From: Podarcis erhardii
Taxonomy: Eukaryota
Direction: 5' to 3' (one strand)
DNA: 64,000 nucleotides
Assembly: GCA_964252035.1 (NCBI GenBank)
Contig: OZ176204.1
Every line of letters begins with the position of its first letter. Position 1 is the stretch's first letter. Made by a program: the position numbers and the translations under genes. A model generated the notes under the pieces. That model did no database searches, had not been told where the DNA came from, and saw only the letters and a list, made by a program, of their open reading frames with translations. Below, piece after piece: positions 1 through 13,361 of the stretch.

Positions 1-1215
1 CACCATGTAAAACATTAATGATTAATGAGGCTTGTATTGATTTGTTTTCATTTTATCGAAATCAAAATATTACGCAAGACAAGAGGCCAGTAAATAAGCA
101 GTAAACACGAACATTTTAATATTAATGAGTGGCGCTTTCCAGGCTTAAAACTCACATAAGCCTCCTCCCAAGAAGATGTAATAAGCAAAACACAGAAGGT
201 GGAGCTTTAAAGGACATAATTTGGCCTCCTTCGTGTTTCACTTCCTGCTGACATTTCTTCCCTGTGCCAAATATTTGTGGTAGTGGATGAGAGGGATTCT
301 TGCAGGGTGTGGGGGGGACAAGGAGAGGTAGGAAGCAATGTGAATGCCTCCTCTCTCATTTCCAGGCTGAAGAATGCCTAGCACACTGACTGAGAACCTC
401 TGACCACATTTCCCCCCAGTAGACAAAACAGCACCACAGGCATCTCAACCACTAAGCCACTCCCACCCACTCCACTAACCCACAATAGTCAACTATGGGC
501 CAAACACCACTCTCAGCCCTTAGGCTACAGCAAAGAGGGAATATAAGGGGCCCGTGGACTTTGAAAACCTTTAAATAACCTGAAAGGATACACTTGTTCC
601 TAAGCATAGATCAGCTGTAAATAACAGGCGTCACCCACAAGGTTACTTTTGATATTGATTTTTATTTAAAGGATTGCGGTTTTCAGGAGTAGGAAATATG
701 ACAGGCCAGTGTTCACATTTTGTCGTTATGCAAGTGCACGAGTGCAAACAGGCACGCACGCACACAAATAAAATAGGAATATACCTGTTTATTTTTAAAG
801 CAGCTTTACTTAAAATAACTCCACCACATAAAGGTGAAAACAAGAAGGATTCAGCTATATTTGCAGTACAGTCAACTATGCAGTCGGCAGCAACAAGCCA
901 GTAAAGAACATACATGTGAAACAAAATAAACAGCACTCCAAAGTGAGATATTAAATTTTGTAGATACTTGCACATTGTCAATCATTTGGTTAAAGAGCAT
1001 TAACAGTGGCCAAAATACTTCTCAGCAGAACCGCTAAAAAGAATGCACAATGCCAATAAATGCATTACTGTTCAAAAGCTGCTCATATCCCAAATAGACA
1101 CCTCATCTCATCAACACAAGTAGAGAGCCACAGCACATCTAGAGTCTGTCTCAATCATCATGACACTCATATCAAAACATAGGGCCATGGGAGGAACCCA
1201 CGATGATAGATAGTC

Positions 1216-1430
1216 CAGTCGTCCCTTGGTTCTTGAACTTAATCCGTTCAACTCCCGAAACGGTTCGTAAACCAAGACATGGCTTCTGATCGGCTGCAGG
1301 AGCTTCCTGCAGCCAATTGGAAGCCGCTTTGCAAAAACGTTTGCAAACCGGAACACTTACTTCCATGTTTGCGGCATTCGGGAGCCAAAACATGCGAGTA
1401 CCAAGGCGTTCGAGAACCAAGGTATGACTG
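1216..1430. mobile_element. Tigger/pogo-like (Tc1/mariner superfamily) MITE
   Basis: Terminal inverted repeats CAGTCGTCCCTTGGTTCTTGAAC ... GTTCGAGAACCAAGGTATGACTG; internal hairpin GGCTGCAGGA/TCCTGCAGCC. Confidence 0.75.
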
Positions 1431-2284
1431 TGCTTCTATTTGTGATGTTAGAAAACACAAAATATAGATAAAGCTTAAATAATTAGTAAAATATTAGCAA
1501 AAATAAATGCATGATAGTGCTTTTACAGTGTAATCCCACTGTAAGTCCTATTAAGACCTACATCTATTGGGTAACAGAAATAGTACTGAGCCTTAAGAGT
1601 ATCCTATACATTTCTCAGACATTAACTCATTGTAATTCTTGCAGAGTAAAGTCAATCAGGATTACCACCTCCATGTTGCAATGGCAAACTGAGGCTGAGA
1701 TGAAAACAGAAGCGGGCCTAAGTCAAGCTAGTGAGTTGGTAGCATGGTAGTGATTCAAAGTGAGGTGCCTTCGATACAGAGGTCATTCTTTAGCCAGCAT
1801 TGTATAACATTCTAAGTAGCTACGATTCAGCAAAACCATACAAAACTATAATCCTCATGTACCTACAGCCCACATTTCTCTGCTATGGTTGGGCTTATAC
1901 CATCTCCCTACATATCTGAGCCACACATTTATGAACACTTTTCTTCTTCCTTTCCCCTCCCACCCAAGCCATACCAGTTTCTTTCTGTCCAACAACTCCA
2001 AGATTTGGTATTTCATCTCTGCGAGTTAAATCCCTAGAATATGCCTTGTTCTTTCGCATGATACTGAATCATTTTCTTAACTAACCATTCCTGCATCTGT
2101 GGCTTCTCTTTAGAAAATTCACAAAACCTCTCTCCTCCCTTGATAACTGCAGCCCTACTGAGGCATATCACTCACTTGTAGGGCACGACTGTGGGGACTG
2201 AACTTTTAGCAACATTTTGTCTCTTCCCTCAAACAACCATGGCCTGCAGCTGTCTGAAGAGAAAGGGTAGCAGAGGCTCTAACC

Positions 2285-2345
2285 ACACAGAGGCTGGCCA
2301 CAGGATGCTGGACTAGATGGACCACTGGCCTGATCCAAGAGCTTT
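2285..2345 (+). mobile_element. Short 3' fragment of a SINE/CR1-related repeat
   Basis: GGATGCTGGACTAGATGGACCACTGGCCTGATCCA; related sequence occurs in the opposite orientation at 17790-17868. Confidence 0.55.
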
Positions 2346-3031
2346 CATGTGTTCAAAAATAATCATAATAACACCATATATACAAGTAACGCCTGAGTTA
2401 GGCTTATGGTGGCCATCTTTTGAAATCCCTGCTACGCTTCCAGAGCACTAGTCTTTATTTTAAAAGCTCTACATCCTTCAGTTTCACAACAACCTTCTTC
2501 TCACCTTATGACACCTTCTAAAACTCTCAGAGATTCACCTACTACAAGCCTGTTATATTTTTGTTGCCCTTTCCATCGTTCTACTTCCTATATGTGGAAG
2601 TATAATAACAAAGTCCCACAAACTGTCTTCTCTAAGCTACCCTTGCCTTTAAAAAAATCTGTAATTGCCATTTGATAGACTCCTCCCCACTTCTTTACTG
2701 TTTCTTCTTCACTCCTCATCAAATACTATTACAATGCATATAATTTAGCAACAATCCATTTCCTTCCAGTTGCCACTAGGTAAATCTACTGCAGTAAGTG
2801 CTAGAAGTAAATTTATTCCCCTGCTTCATCACTCACCTATGCATCTACCAACTCTCCTACACCTGTGGGCATTTGACTATCTTTTCCTTTAACTGTGCAA
2901 AGGAGAAAAGGGGTGACCTATTAAAATCTGCCTTTCATGACTTTACTCTTCTGGGCTTACTTGATAGCAACAGTAGAAATCTTCCTGAATCACAAAGTAA
3001 AGAGGATATATGTGTTGGCCAATCAATTTGT

Positions 3032-3165
3032 TATTGTTGTTTAGTTGTGTCCAACTCTTCATGACCCCATGGACCAGAGCATGCCAGGCACTCCTGCCTC
3101 CCGCAGTTTCGTCAAATTCAGGTTGGTAGTTTCGAGAACATTGTCCAACCATATCGTCCTCTGTC
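3032..3165 (-). mobile_element. RTE-BovB LINE 3' end fragment
   Basis: Minus-strand translation ...RSAWHALVHGVMKSWTQLNNNN resembles the BovB ORF C-terminus (RSAWRALVHGVTKSRTRL), followed by a (CAA)-type tail. Confidence 0.85.
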
Positions 3166-3266
3166 AATTTGCATCTTATAGCAAACAGCAGGAGATATGC
3201 ACATCTGGAAGCTCCCACTCTCTGCATCCATATTTGTGCCTCTTGAATTTTGATACTTTGTGCATG

Positions 3267-3295
3267 AGCGCGCTGTGTGTGTGTGTGTGTGTGTG
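3267..3295. repeat. (TG)n microsatellite
   Basis: Direct reading. Confidence 0.95.
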
Positions 3296-3929
3296 TCACA
3301 CTTAAAATAGACACACACATTAAATCAAATATCCAAGGTTTAAAACCTTTTGTCAATGAAAAATGTCAAGCTTTAACATGATTTGAAACTGGAGAAACTG
3401 TTGAATTTCATTACAGCTGTTCAACCTTTTTTTTTTTATTTAAGCAACAAAAAAATCTTTTTATTAGGAGGGAAGGGAAGGGGGTGGGAGAAATCGACAG
3501 CTCCACTAGCCAGAGGCACTTTGCAAGCGGGAAAGTAGAACTCAAGATGTGGGCAGGCCTCAGGTTTCAGCGCCTCAGGGCATATCCAGGAGACACCAAT
3601 GTATTTACTGAACAGCCAGTAAAGCAAAGGCTCCAATCTTATAACATGTTATAATCTTATATTTTATGAGAGTCCACAGTAAGTTTTCAAGGTTCAAGCA
3701 GGGGGTACAATTGGTTAGGAGAAATACAGAGAGGAATTATTATCCACCTATCCTTTAGAAGATAAAATAACTTGCATATGTGTAGCTGCAAACTAAGATA
3801 ATTTAATTACTCTGCCTCATTTCATAATAGATACTAACTCCTCAAATAGAAAACTCTATTCTAGTCTCTAGCTGTGCAACAGAAAAATATAACAGCCTCT
3901 AGTTCGCACTGTGTCTATGAACATGCATA

Positions 3930-3930
<1 letters not shown>

Positions 3931-3972
<42 letters not shown>
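3931..3972. repeat. (CA)21 microsatellite
   Basis: Direct reading. Confidence 0.97.
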
Positions 3973-3976
<4 letters not shown>

Positions 3977-4447
3977 ATTACTGCATCACACACTATTTGA
4001 ATAAGGATACTTCACTCAAACATTTGCATGTGTGGCAAAGGCAGTCACCTTAGGGACCTTTCGACTTAAAAGACCTTTGAATGCAAGGTCCTGGCAGTGT
4101 AATCCGCTGTCCTGCACATAAGAAGCTTACCACTCACACAAATGTTGTGTCAGGCTTTACTAAAGAATATGCAATGATCCAATAGCAGCTAATCTACTGA
4201 ACCATCTTCCTGAGATGATGCGTGGTGGCTCAAGCCAATGCAAGGGAATCTGTAGTGCACAGTGGTGAAAATGTTCCCTCCGCATTCTGGCTTGGTTCTC
4301 TACCTTCCTCTACCGAGTAAGCGAGTGGCTGAACAATCCAGAATTCAGCTGTTAACCATAGCTTTCCACTGTGTGCAAATCCATAAACAGCTCACAGACA
4401 AGCCAAGTGCAAATGCATCCATTGTGTGAGTTTGCTGTAAATAGTAA

Positions 4448-4448
4448 T

Positions 4449-4489
<41 letters not shown>

Positions 4490-4524
4490 AACAACGTAGA
4501 TAAGTGGTGGTGGTGGTGGTGGTG
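4448..4524. repeat. Compound (AAC)n ... (GGT)n microsatellite
   Basis: (AAC)n at ~4448-4495, (GTG/GGT)n at 4504-4524. Confidence 0.9.
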
Positions 4525-4599
4525 ATATCTATTATACAGGGCAAATTCCCAAAATCTTATTCTTTATTGAAACAGATGATTAACAGTATGCATTCTGTT

Positions 4600-4733
4600 A
4601 GATTTGGGCTTCTAGTCCACTGTTGTCTACTTGGATTGGAAGAGGCCTTTCACATCACCTGCTGCCTGATCCATTTTTCTGGGACCTTCTAAATACAAAG
4701 TATGTGCTTTACCACTGAGCTACAAACGCTTCC
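4600..4733 (-). mobile_element. Degenerate tRNA-derived SINE
   Basis: GGGACCTTCT...GCTTTACCACTGAGCTAC is the reverse complement of a tRNA-like A/B-box head. Confidence 0.55.
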
Positions 4734-6120
4734 ATGTTTCTGTATTTGGTCTACCAAAAAATCCCACCAATTGTCTATCCCAATGGCATTATGTCACTTA
4801 AAGAGGAAAGACAATGAGATACTTGGCAGCAGTATAAAAGCAGAAGGCAGGAAGCCTGCCTAACATTGGAATCCCTTTGGAGATTATCCTATTGGCTTCT
4901 CAGTCACATCCTCCAATATTTCCCCTTCTTTGTCCCCCTTGTTCATATACATGAGGTCTAGAAACACACTTTTAAAAATAAAATAAAAAATGAAGGGAAT
5001 TTTTAGAATTCTGAAAGTGAGGCTAGATCCTGTGCATATTATTTTATAGTGTTTGGTCAAGATGCAGCCTGGATTCACGCAGAAAGTCTTTTGGCTTGTA
5101 CATTCTGCATCTGACTACTTTCCACTACTATGATCATATTGATGAGGCAGGGAAAATATCAAAACTGACAACCAATCCATGTAAATAGGAGGGCCTGGTT
5201 GTGAAGCGCAGTATCTAGACAAGGCAGGTTGCTATGATCACTAAATGCCATGCCTGCAATACCACATGAATCATTTGAGTTCTTTATTGCATAGTGCTCA
5301 TGACTGTAGAAGTTTCATTTTTTAAAAAAGAGGGGAAAAGCTGTCATTCATCCTAATGCAAATTAAGCTCTCTCCTTTTTTTTAATACACAACATTTGGG
5401 TCAGTTTCCAGGGAAATGTTGCTGAATTGCCCATGTTTACTCCAGCTCCAGCAATGCAGCACAACCTTCAGTCAAGCTATTAACTTGAATGTTGAACTTC
5501 ACAGCCTGGCTGTCTTTCTCAGCCATCCTTTTGATGTTACCTCCAAAGCAAAAGATCAAAGGCTCCAAGTGTGGTGAGGGGAAGTCCCAGGCTCTTAGCC
5601 TACCAGCCTGTGATATATGTTAAAATCCTGGCCAAAAAAGAGAGAGAGAGCGAGAGAGAGTGCACAAGGGAGGGGGAAGAGAGGTGGGGGGAAGGAAAGA
5701 AAGAAAAACCAGCAAAGGAAAAGTGTCCAAGCAGGGCACCAATGTGAGGATTTGACAGAATAAAGCTCCTATTTATTTTTTTAAAAATCCACACAGAACA
5801 GAGCAGGTTTTTTTTTTTTTAAAAAAAAGAAGTAGTTCTGTCATCAACTGCACTTCTAATTGTGTGTTCAATTTGACAACTTATCCACTTAAAATTTTCA
5901 TGTACTGCTTCACCTCACAGCATTAAATTATTTATTCCTTCACCACTGAGAGGACACAATTTAAATCAGGATTTCAGTGTGCCAGGGGTAGAGAAACCAA
6001 AACACAGCTTACCTCCCCATTTTAAAGAGCTCACAATCTAGATACGCTGCAGCTCGGACAGTTTTATAGAGTCTTCTATCCAAAGTTTCCTGAAGAATCT
6101 TTCCAGCTAACAGAATCCAA

Positions 6121-6135
6121 GTGTGTGTGTGTTTT

Positions 6136-6174
<39 letters not shown>
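6121..6174. repeat. Interrupted (TG)n microsatellite
   Basis: Direct reading. Confidence 0.93.
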
Positions 6175-6177
<3 letters not shown>

Positions 6178-9100
6178 GAAATGTTATACCTTGCCCTTCC
6201 AATACATTTGCATCCCTTGCAACAATTTAAAACAAAACAAGTCCATAAAAGAAATAAAAGCAACAACATAAAAATGGAAGCACTGAAAAACATTTCCAAT
6301 GTGAGGGTCTCCCACCAATCATCACCATCATCAGCTAAGTGAGACAAATGTTTGCCAGAATTAGGAAATTTTAACCAGTTGGTGTTTTTTTTAAAAAAGT
6401 GACAGGTTACATAGGGTGATATATTCCACAATCAGGGTGCAACAATGAAGAAGGCCCTCTCTCGCTTATCCTGACCGCTCATGCTTCAGCCATTGATGGG
6501 ACATATAGAAAATCATTTCAAATATATTATAGGGAGCAGAAGGTCTGGGACAGGAGGACACAGGTAAAGCAAGGTAACAAAAATATACTGAACAAAAACA
6601 TAGAGAGCACTGAGCAGCTACTGGAAGCTAGAGCCATCGCCAGGAAATAAGAGCAAAAATCTGTTGAGACTTTGGTAGTAATAAGTCATAGTATAGTTCA
6701 CTCCAATTACTCTATAGCTTGCTATTGTGTAGGTGTCAGCTTATACCATTGAAAAGGCAGTGACATTTTGGCAAAGCTCAAACACAAAAACCAAATGAGT
6801 TCCATCGACATCTTCTGCTTAATTAAAGCACACTCTGTATGCAGTGCACAGATGCAACTATGCCTAATATTTTGGAGAGGGCATATGTGAACAAGACTTT
6901 GACTAGGAATGGCCATGTAATTTAGCTCATATCTGTTGGGCAAAGCTTGTTGTACTTATGTGCAATACCTTTGCAACAATGTACTTTCTTTAAATTACAA
7001 CTGCAATAAAATATACCAACCACCTGAGAAAGTTTGAGTAAGCTAAATCAAGTCAGAGCCTAAATCCCATACAGGTAATCTTGGATAGTAAGGTTAGCAT
7101 GACCTACACCACAGAAGGAATGGGATTTCTGACAATCCTTGATGTTTCTAATTTTGAATATGGAAAGTTTCACATTCCTGCACACCAAGTTTGTAAACTG
7201 CGACTCACTAGGGGGAAGCAAATATGCTTTTAACGTTATGAAGTGAGGAGGATTTGTAAAACGAAGAAAAAGTTGGTTTGTGTCTCTCAGTTGACTCATG
7301 CTTATGTATGAACAGGTGGATTAGGAATTTTTAACACAATTTTTTAATAAATAATATTGTATATTTGTTTGCAGTGTTTCTAGACAGGAACATGCATTCT
7401 TCATGAGGGACAAGCATACACAGCCAGAAATATACTGAAAGCTTTTACTGCAGCCAATCAACTGGCAAGCGGGATTTATTTAAAACCAGCTTGCCCATTC
7501 AGCTGCACATAGAATTTGCAAAACATTTCCACCAAGCATAAGCTAAGGGTTCTAGTGGTCTACGTGGTGGGGCAGAGCTGTAAAACCACCCTCTTGATAC
7601 TGGCACTGGTGCAGTTTACTGGAATGGGGCAAAGCAGGGGGAGGCTGGGGCGACATGGGCACACTGGCAGAACAAATCCTTGACCTAGTCCTGTCCAAAT
7701 AAGCTGTAGTGGCACTGGTGTTAGGATGAGAGTTCTGTGGTTCTGTTCTATGGGCCTCAGTTGGGCCCTAGAAGAAACATAACCATCAAATAATTTAGCT
7801 CTTAGGCCATGAAAATTCCACATATCTGAATCAGTGAAAAACAATGAACTGAGTCTGATTAGTACTGCCTTCCTAAAAAAAACAATAGTCCATTGTTGAG
7901 GAAGTAGCTTCTGCTTATTCAACAGTAAGACACAAGGTTCTCACGACAAAAAGAAGAACTTCCTCAGAGTCATCAACCTGTCTTCTCTTTCTCAGATTAT
8001 TCTTTGAAAAGTTCATTTAGAAAACCAAAACCAAAATATGTCCTGCATTTGAACAACAGTGGGAAGAGCAGATATTCAGAAACTACCGGCTGTCCTGGGA
8101 TTTTGCCCTAAGTCAGTGAGCAAACAGGACCTCACAGTGTGGAACTCAGTCTCTCAAGATAATCACGTTAGTTTTTCCCACCGTACCTTTTTAAAAAGGT
8201 ATTTCAAATAAAATCAGTACTCTAGGTGCTTTTAGGAGACTCACTGTTGGTTCCTCTTTAAATTATTCTCTCTCTTTATTCCCTTTTTCAGATGTATTTA
8301 ACATTATTAATGCGTCAGCTGGCAGTATATGTGCAAGCAATATCAATTACTATGAGACCCTATCGTGGTATAATTATCGCATAACCCTGAGACTGTGAGC
8401 ATCTCAATGAAATAAGAGTCCCTGCTCCCCAGCCATACTTCCAGGGTTTTTTAAAAATCATTATACGTAGCATCATGTGACTGCACCGTGGGCAGATGAA
8501 GTCAATTGAGAGTAAGGGCACTTCTCCTACTCTGAATTGGAGGTGGGAGAATGGGGTAATGATGGCAGTTGACACATGTCAGGGAAGGAAAGAAACTACA
8601 GCTGCTATTTCAGCCCCTGCCATGCAGAGGTTACATGTACTTCCCCTCCTGTGGTTTCACATCCTGCATGGTACAACCTATAACATGGGTAACCACTTAG
8701 CTGTTCACAACCCATGAACAGCGCAGTAAAGTCTATATGTCCTAAACCAGACTCAATCAGCAGGCACATCTGATTTATGCCTAATCCAACAAGTGATACA
8801 CATATAGGAGCCTACTTACAAATATGGGGGGGGGGGGGGAACAAAAAAACCCTTTGCTATACTGGGGCTCTGGGGCTGATAATGGCCCCACAGACTCAGA
8901 AGAATCCAAAATAAAGTTGGCAGAAAACTGAATTAAAATCCTGTACTGCATTCCATTCCTATAATAATACAGGAAGAGGCAAATTATGTTTGCCCAGAAT
9001 AAATCTCTGCCAGTAATAAGCTTCTATTCAGGGATTATATGAAGATTGTGGGAGAGGAAATTAACACCTCACCAACAATGTCAATTTTATCAAGACAAAA

Positions 9101-10043
9101 ATAGCAAAAGGGAATAATTGAGAACAAAAATAGACGAACATCTTATTCAAGCTTTGCCTAGTAGTAAACTACCATGTACAGTCTAACATTTCTTTAAGAG
9201 AGAGAAAGGAAAGAAGTATTTCTAAAAATATAAAACCCTGTATCAAAGTCCTTTCTAATTTGTGTCACTGCCACCAACATTTTGTCAGGGCTCCTAACTG
9301 CCCTACAATTGCCTTCAATTTCCATTCCCTACCACCAATAAACAAATATCCATGGTGAACAAAGTTTGACAGCAAACTTTATAAGCAGAAAGAAAGAAAT
9401 AATTTGGCATACACTTATAGCACATTTAATTTTACATACAGATTATATGATAGAGGGTGTTATCAATGCAAGAGCAACTTTTATAGCATCACGAAGAGAA
9501 TAAACTTCTCAAGTGCCAGCAGGTATTTCCAGCAACAATACTTGTTGTGTAGCTATGGATCACAAATTGAAAATATACACTTCTCTCCTAAAGCCCAGTC
9601 TTAGGGATTTATACACCTGACCCACTACCCCTCATTCCTTCAAAAGCACAAGAAAAATCCAGGTTAGGAGAACAAAAGATCTGATACGAATTTAATGAGG
9701 ATATCACATTCCATCCCCTTTTCCCACCTAAAAGAGATGTGAAAAGTTGCCTCCATCAACATGTAAAATTTCTCACAGAATTAAATCCTATAATCCCATT
9801 TAGCACAAACGAGGTAGAGCAGCACGTTTGTGCTTAAGACATTTTAGTCTCTTAAGAAAGTGACATTTTTTTAAATTGCTTCTCTTGAAGAGTGTTTGGG
9901 AAAGATTAAGAATCTCTCTATTTCATCTCTGTTGTTGGTATAGTGAAGTCAGGGCAGAGACACAGGCTTTTTCAGTATATAATCTTCCAAAACATTGAGC
10001 TAAATTAATCTTTGAAATGGAATATACAGTATATTACACATTT

Positions 10044-10080
10044 TGTCTGTCTGTCTGTCTGCCTGTCTGTCTGTCTCTCT
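10044..10080. repeat. (CTGT)n tetranucleotide microsatellite
   Basis: Direct reading. Confidence 0.9.
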
Positions 10081-13000
10081 CAAATCAACAGCTTCATAGA
10101 AACAGTTGCTTACATACAACAGTATTGATTAATGATTAAATTAATGATTAAAATTATCTGCGGTTTCTTTAATATCGCATCACTGAATGATATTTCTACT
10201 TAGCCCCCAAAAGGAGCCGATAACTCCTTTCCACAGAGCAAAATAAATTGCAGATACTATTGGAAGACTGGAAACCAATCCATTCAGCTCCCCCTTTGGC
10301 AAATGACCTATCAAAAACAGTACAAGATTTTTGTTCAGCTCAGTCAACTGGGTTTTCTGCTTAACCCACAGGCATTTTTCCTGTTTCAAAGTTTCTATTA
10401 ACTCCCTACTGATGTACCCTAAAAGAATTTTTAAGGGCTTGGAAGCACATAAATAAAATACTTTGTTGGACTGGCACAGCCAAATGAAAGTCTTTCTCCT
10501 GCAGTGGTGGTGATAAAAGTTTCAGTTGCAGCTATGCACAGAGACCTCCATAGATTTCTGATAGCTGAGATTGCCAACCAATCAGCAAAGCTGAGGAGCC
10601 CAGCTATGAGAGCTATCATTCCTGTTTAAGATGAGTGTCAAGACAGAACTTTTATTTTGCAGAGCTCTAGCCATCTCTAGCTGCAAGGTCACAAGAAATG
10701 ACCTCTCCGGTTATCACTCTTTCAGTGATGAGGAATCTGGAAAAAGGAAAAGGAGGAAGAACATGGTGGGGAAGGAGCAAGACTGTGTGAAATCAGGAAC
10801 AGGGGTGGGACATTAAAAGTTTGTTTCAAAGCCAATATGGTGCACTAAACCAGCCTTACCCAATCTGTTGCCCCCCAGGTGTTTTAGACCACAACTCGTA
10901 TTGGCACCAGGAAGCACTTGATTGGTAGTGTAAAATATCTGAAGGTCAAAGCTGGTCCTAAACCCGCTTTCCCCCTCACTTTGGCTCTGCGTGTTGAGAT
11001 TTCAGGTCAGCAACTTAGCATGACTCAAAATGATGAAAAATGGAAGTGGAAATGGTATTAAACATTTTTGACCAAACGTGAGTGGGCTTCATTTTTCTTT
11101 CTTTTTTTAAAGCCTTTGAAACCACAAAACACCATCCAGTGGTTCAGGGAAATATACCAAATCTTGGTATCTTTTCAAAGACATAAACTACTCCCGTAAT
11201 GCAGAGCAGTTCGGGAAAAAGAGGGAATGTAGAAAACAGAGAGAACTGAATATTGCTGAGTACGCATTTACAGAGTAGGTCATGTAAGCAGTATGCAAAC
11301 TTGAACCCCGCCATTATAAGGTTTCCCATATTACTTTTTATTTGAGGTCTACCACTAAAAAGGCAAGCTCCCAGAGATGATATGCCAACAGCTCAGCATA
11401 GCCTGTCCATACCTATTAATTAGCATGTAGTGACAGCTGAAACCAGCTGGCTTTCTTTACTCTACTAACAGAGTAGTAAACAAATTCAGCATCAAGAAGT
11501 TGGTGCTACAATCCCCCGAATGGAGCTGCTTGCTTGCTAAAAGGAAAAGGGACCACCATCAGATTCACATACTACTGCCCAGTGGTTTCCAGCTCAACTG
11601 GATGTATAACCCTGCCAAACCACCTTGGCCTAGGCTGCCTGCCACTGCAATCACTGGCAATTTTCACATCGTATCTTCTGGGCAATACTTGTGCCAACTG
11701 GTACCAGAGAAGGAAGGCAGAAGCTTCCCTTCTCACTAAGGCTTATTGGAAGGGTAAGCAAATTAGAGGCAAAGAGGAGGAAAATGTGATTTCCTAACTA
11801 AAGTGTATTGCTTTATTATAGCTACAAGCAGATACAGTTGTAGCTGATGAGACCACATCACAAGAACACAAGGATCTGGATTGGACAAGTCCAGGAAAAG
11901 GACACTAATGAACATCTTATCTTGGAACCTCAATTAATGAGCCAAGGTAGCATTTCACAATTTCCCTAGGGTGCTACTAGCTTGGACATACCCAAACATT
12001 TCCAGACAGGCAAATGGCTGTTCTACATACATGTCTTTCTCCTCCTACTGTACTGGTCGGGTACAGCTGCTTAAAAGGTTGAATGAAAATCAAGTATTTG
12101 GAAGAAAACATAAACTTCATGTTTAGAATTAAACATAAACTTAATGCGGAATCAATATGACCACAGAGCCCTTTTCTAACAAGTGAACAAAATGAGAGAA
12201 GGGGTGCATGAAGACTTCTGCCCAAAACATGAGTGAGGCCTGCTAAACTTCAAATCTCTTCCAACACAATATTCAAGAGTACCATTTAGGCATGCAAAAG
12301 GCATGCAGATCAGTGAACAGTTGGCAGTTCTGCAGTACTTTCGATTATCAATATGCTGGGAGCTCTGGGCTGAATCCAAAGGTTTCCTTCCAAAAATGGA
12401 AAGGGTCTTTCTCCAACAGATGGACTCCATCCATCAGAGAAAAAGAACCTTTGGGCCCAACCTTCTATGTCACACATTTACATTACACCGAAAGAATATA
12501 TGGCATGAACCCTAGGAGTAGCTATAGATGTGAAAACCACTGGAGTTACAGAGAATGACTTACATTCTAAAATATTGCTAGTGGGGGTTTTCAAACAATA
12601 TCTACTTGGTATCTTTTTTAATAGAGCAGCAAGAAAACCTTAGGGCTCCAGTAAACAAAGAAACACACACACACAAAGCAACTTAATCAGAACTTTACAG
12701 AATAATTTACAGCATGTCTTATAAACACAGCATAAACAATGTTTATTTGTTTTAAATAACTCCTGCATATGTTTTCAGGAGACAACTCAGGCCATTATCA
12801 TGGGCTAAATCAATTGGCAGAAGCCAATTTGGATAACAGTGTTATGTTTGTTTGGAGTGAACATAAGAAAGAAAATCTCTTTATACACTCAACACAAACT
12901 GAAAGCTTCTGCAATGTTTGTATTATGTTCACCAACCACGTCACTCGTTCCCTGGACTTGCACAGCCATCTATAGGTGCTGCCAACTGACTTAATTCACC

Positions 13001-13307
13001 CTGACAGCAACCAACACAATTGGCAGGAACAGTGGAGAGCAATAGGCTCTGTCGCCCCAAAAATCTCTTTCGTATGCTGTGATAAAGGCAAGCTCACTGT
13101 TGAAATTGTAGCCATGCATTCCAAGTGTACTCATGCACCATAAATAAAAGTTTCATTAGGGTTACAAGATACCAATAGGTAAGGGGCATGCTAATATTCA
13201 TAGGACATCCTAAGGAGCTATTATAGAGAAAACTGCTGGTGAAATGGGCAGCTCAGCTTTCTTCTGGTCAGGATGCTGTTGGGGTCTGCCTACCCTTTGT
13301 TCTCTTT

Positions 13308-13361
13308 GCATATTCTACGGTGTTTAATTCTTCGCATATTCTACGGTGTTTAATTCTTCGC
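13308..13361. repeat. Perfect 26-bp tandem duplication
   Basis: GCATATTCTACGGTGTTTAATTCTTC at 13308-13333 and 13334-13359, plus GC. Confidence 0.95.
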
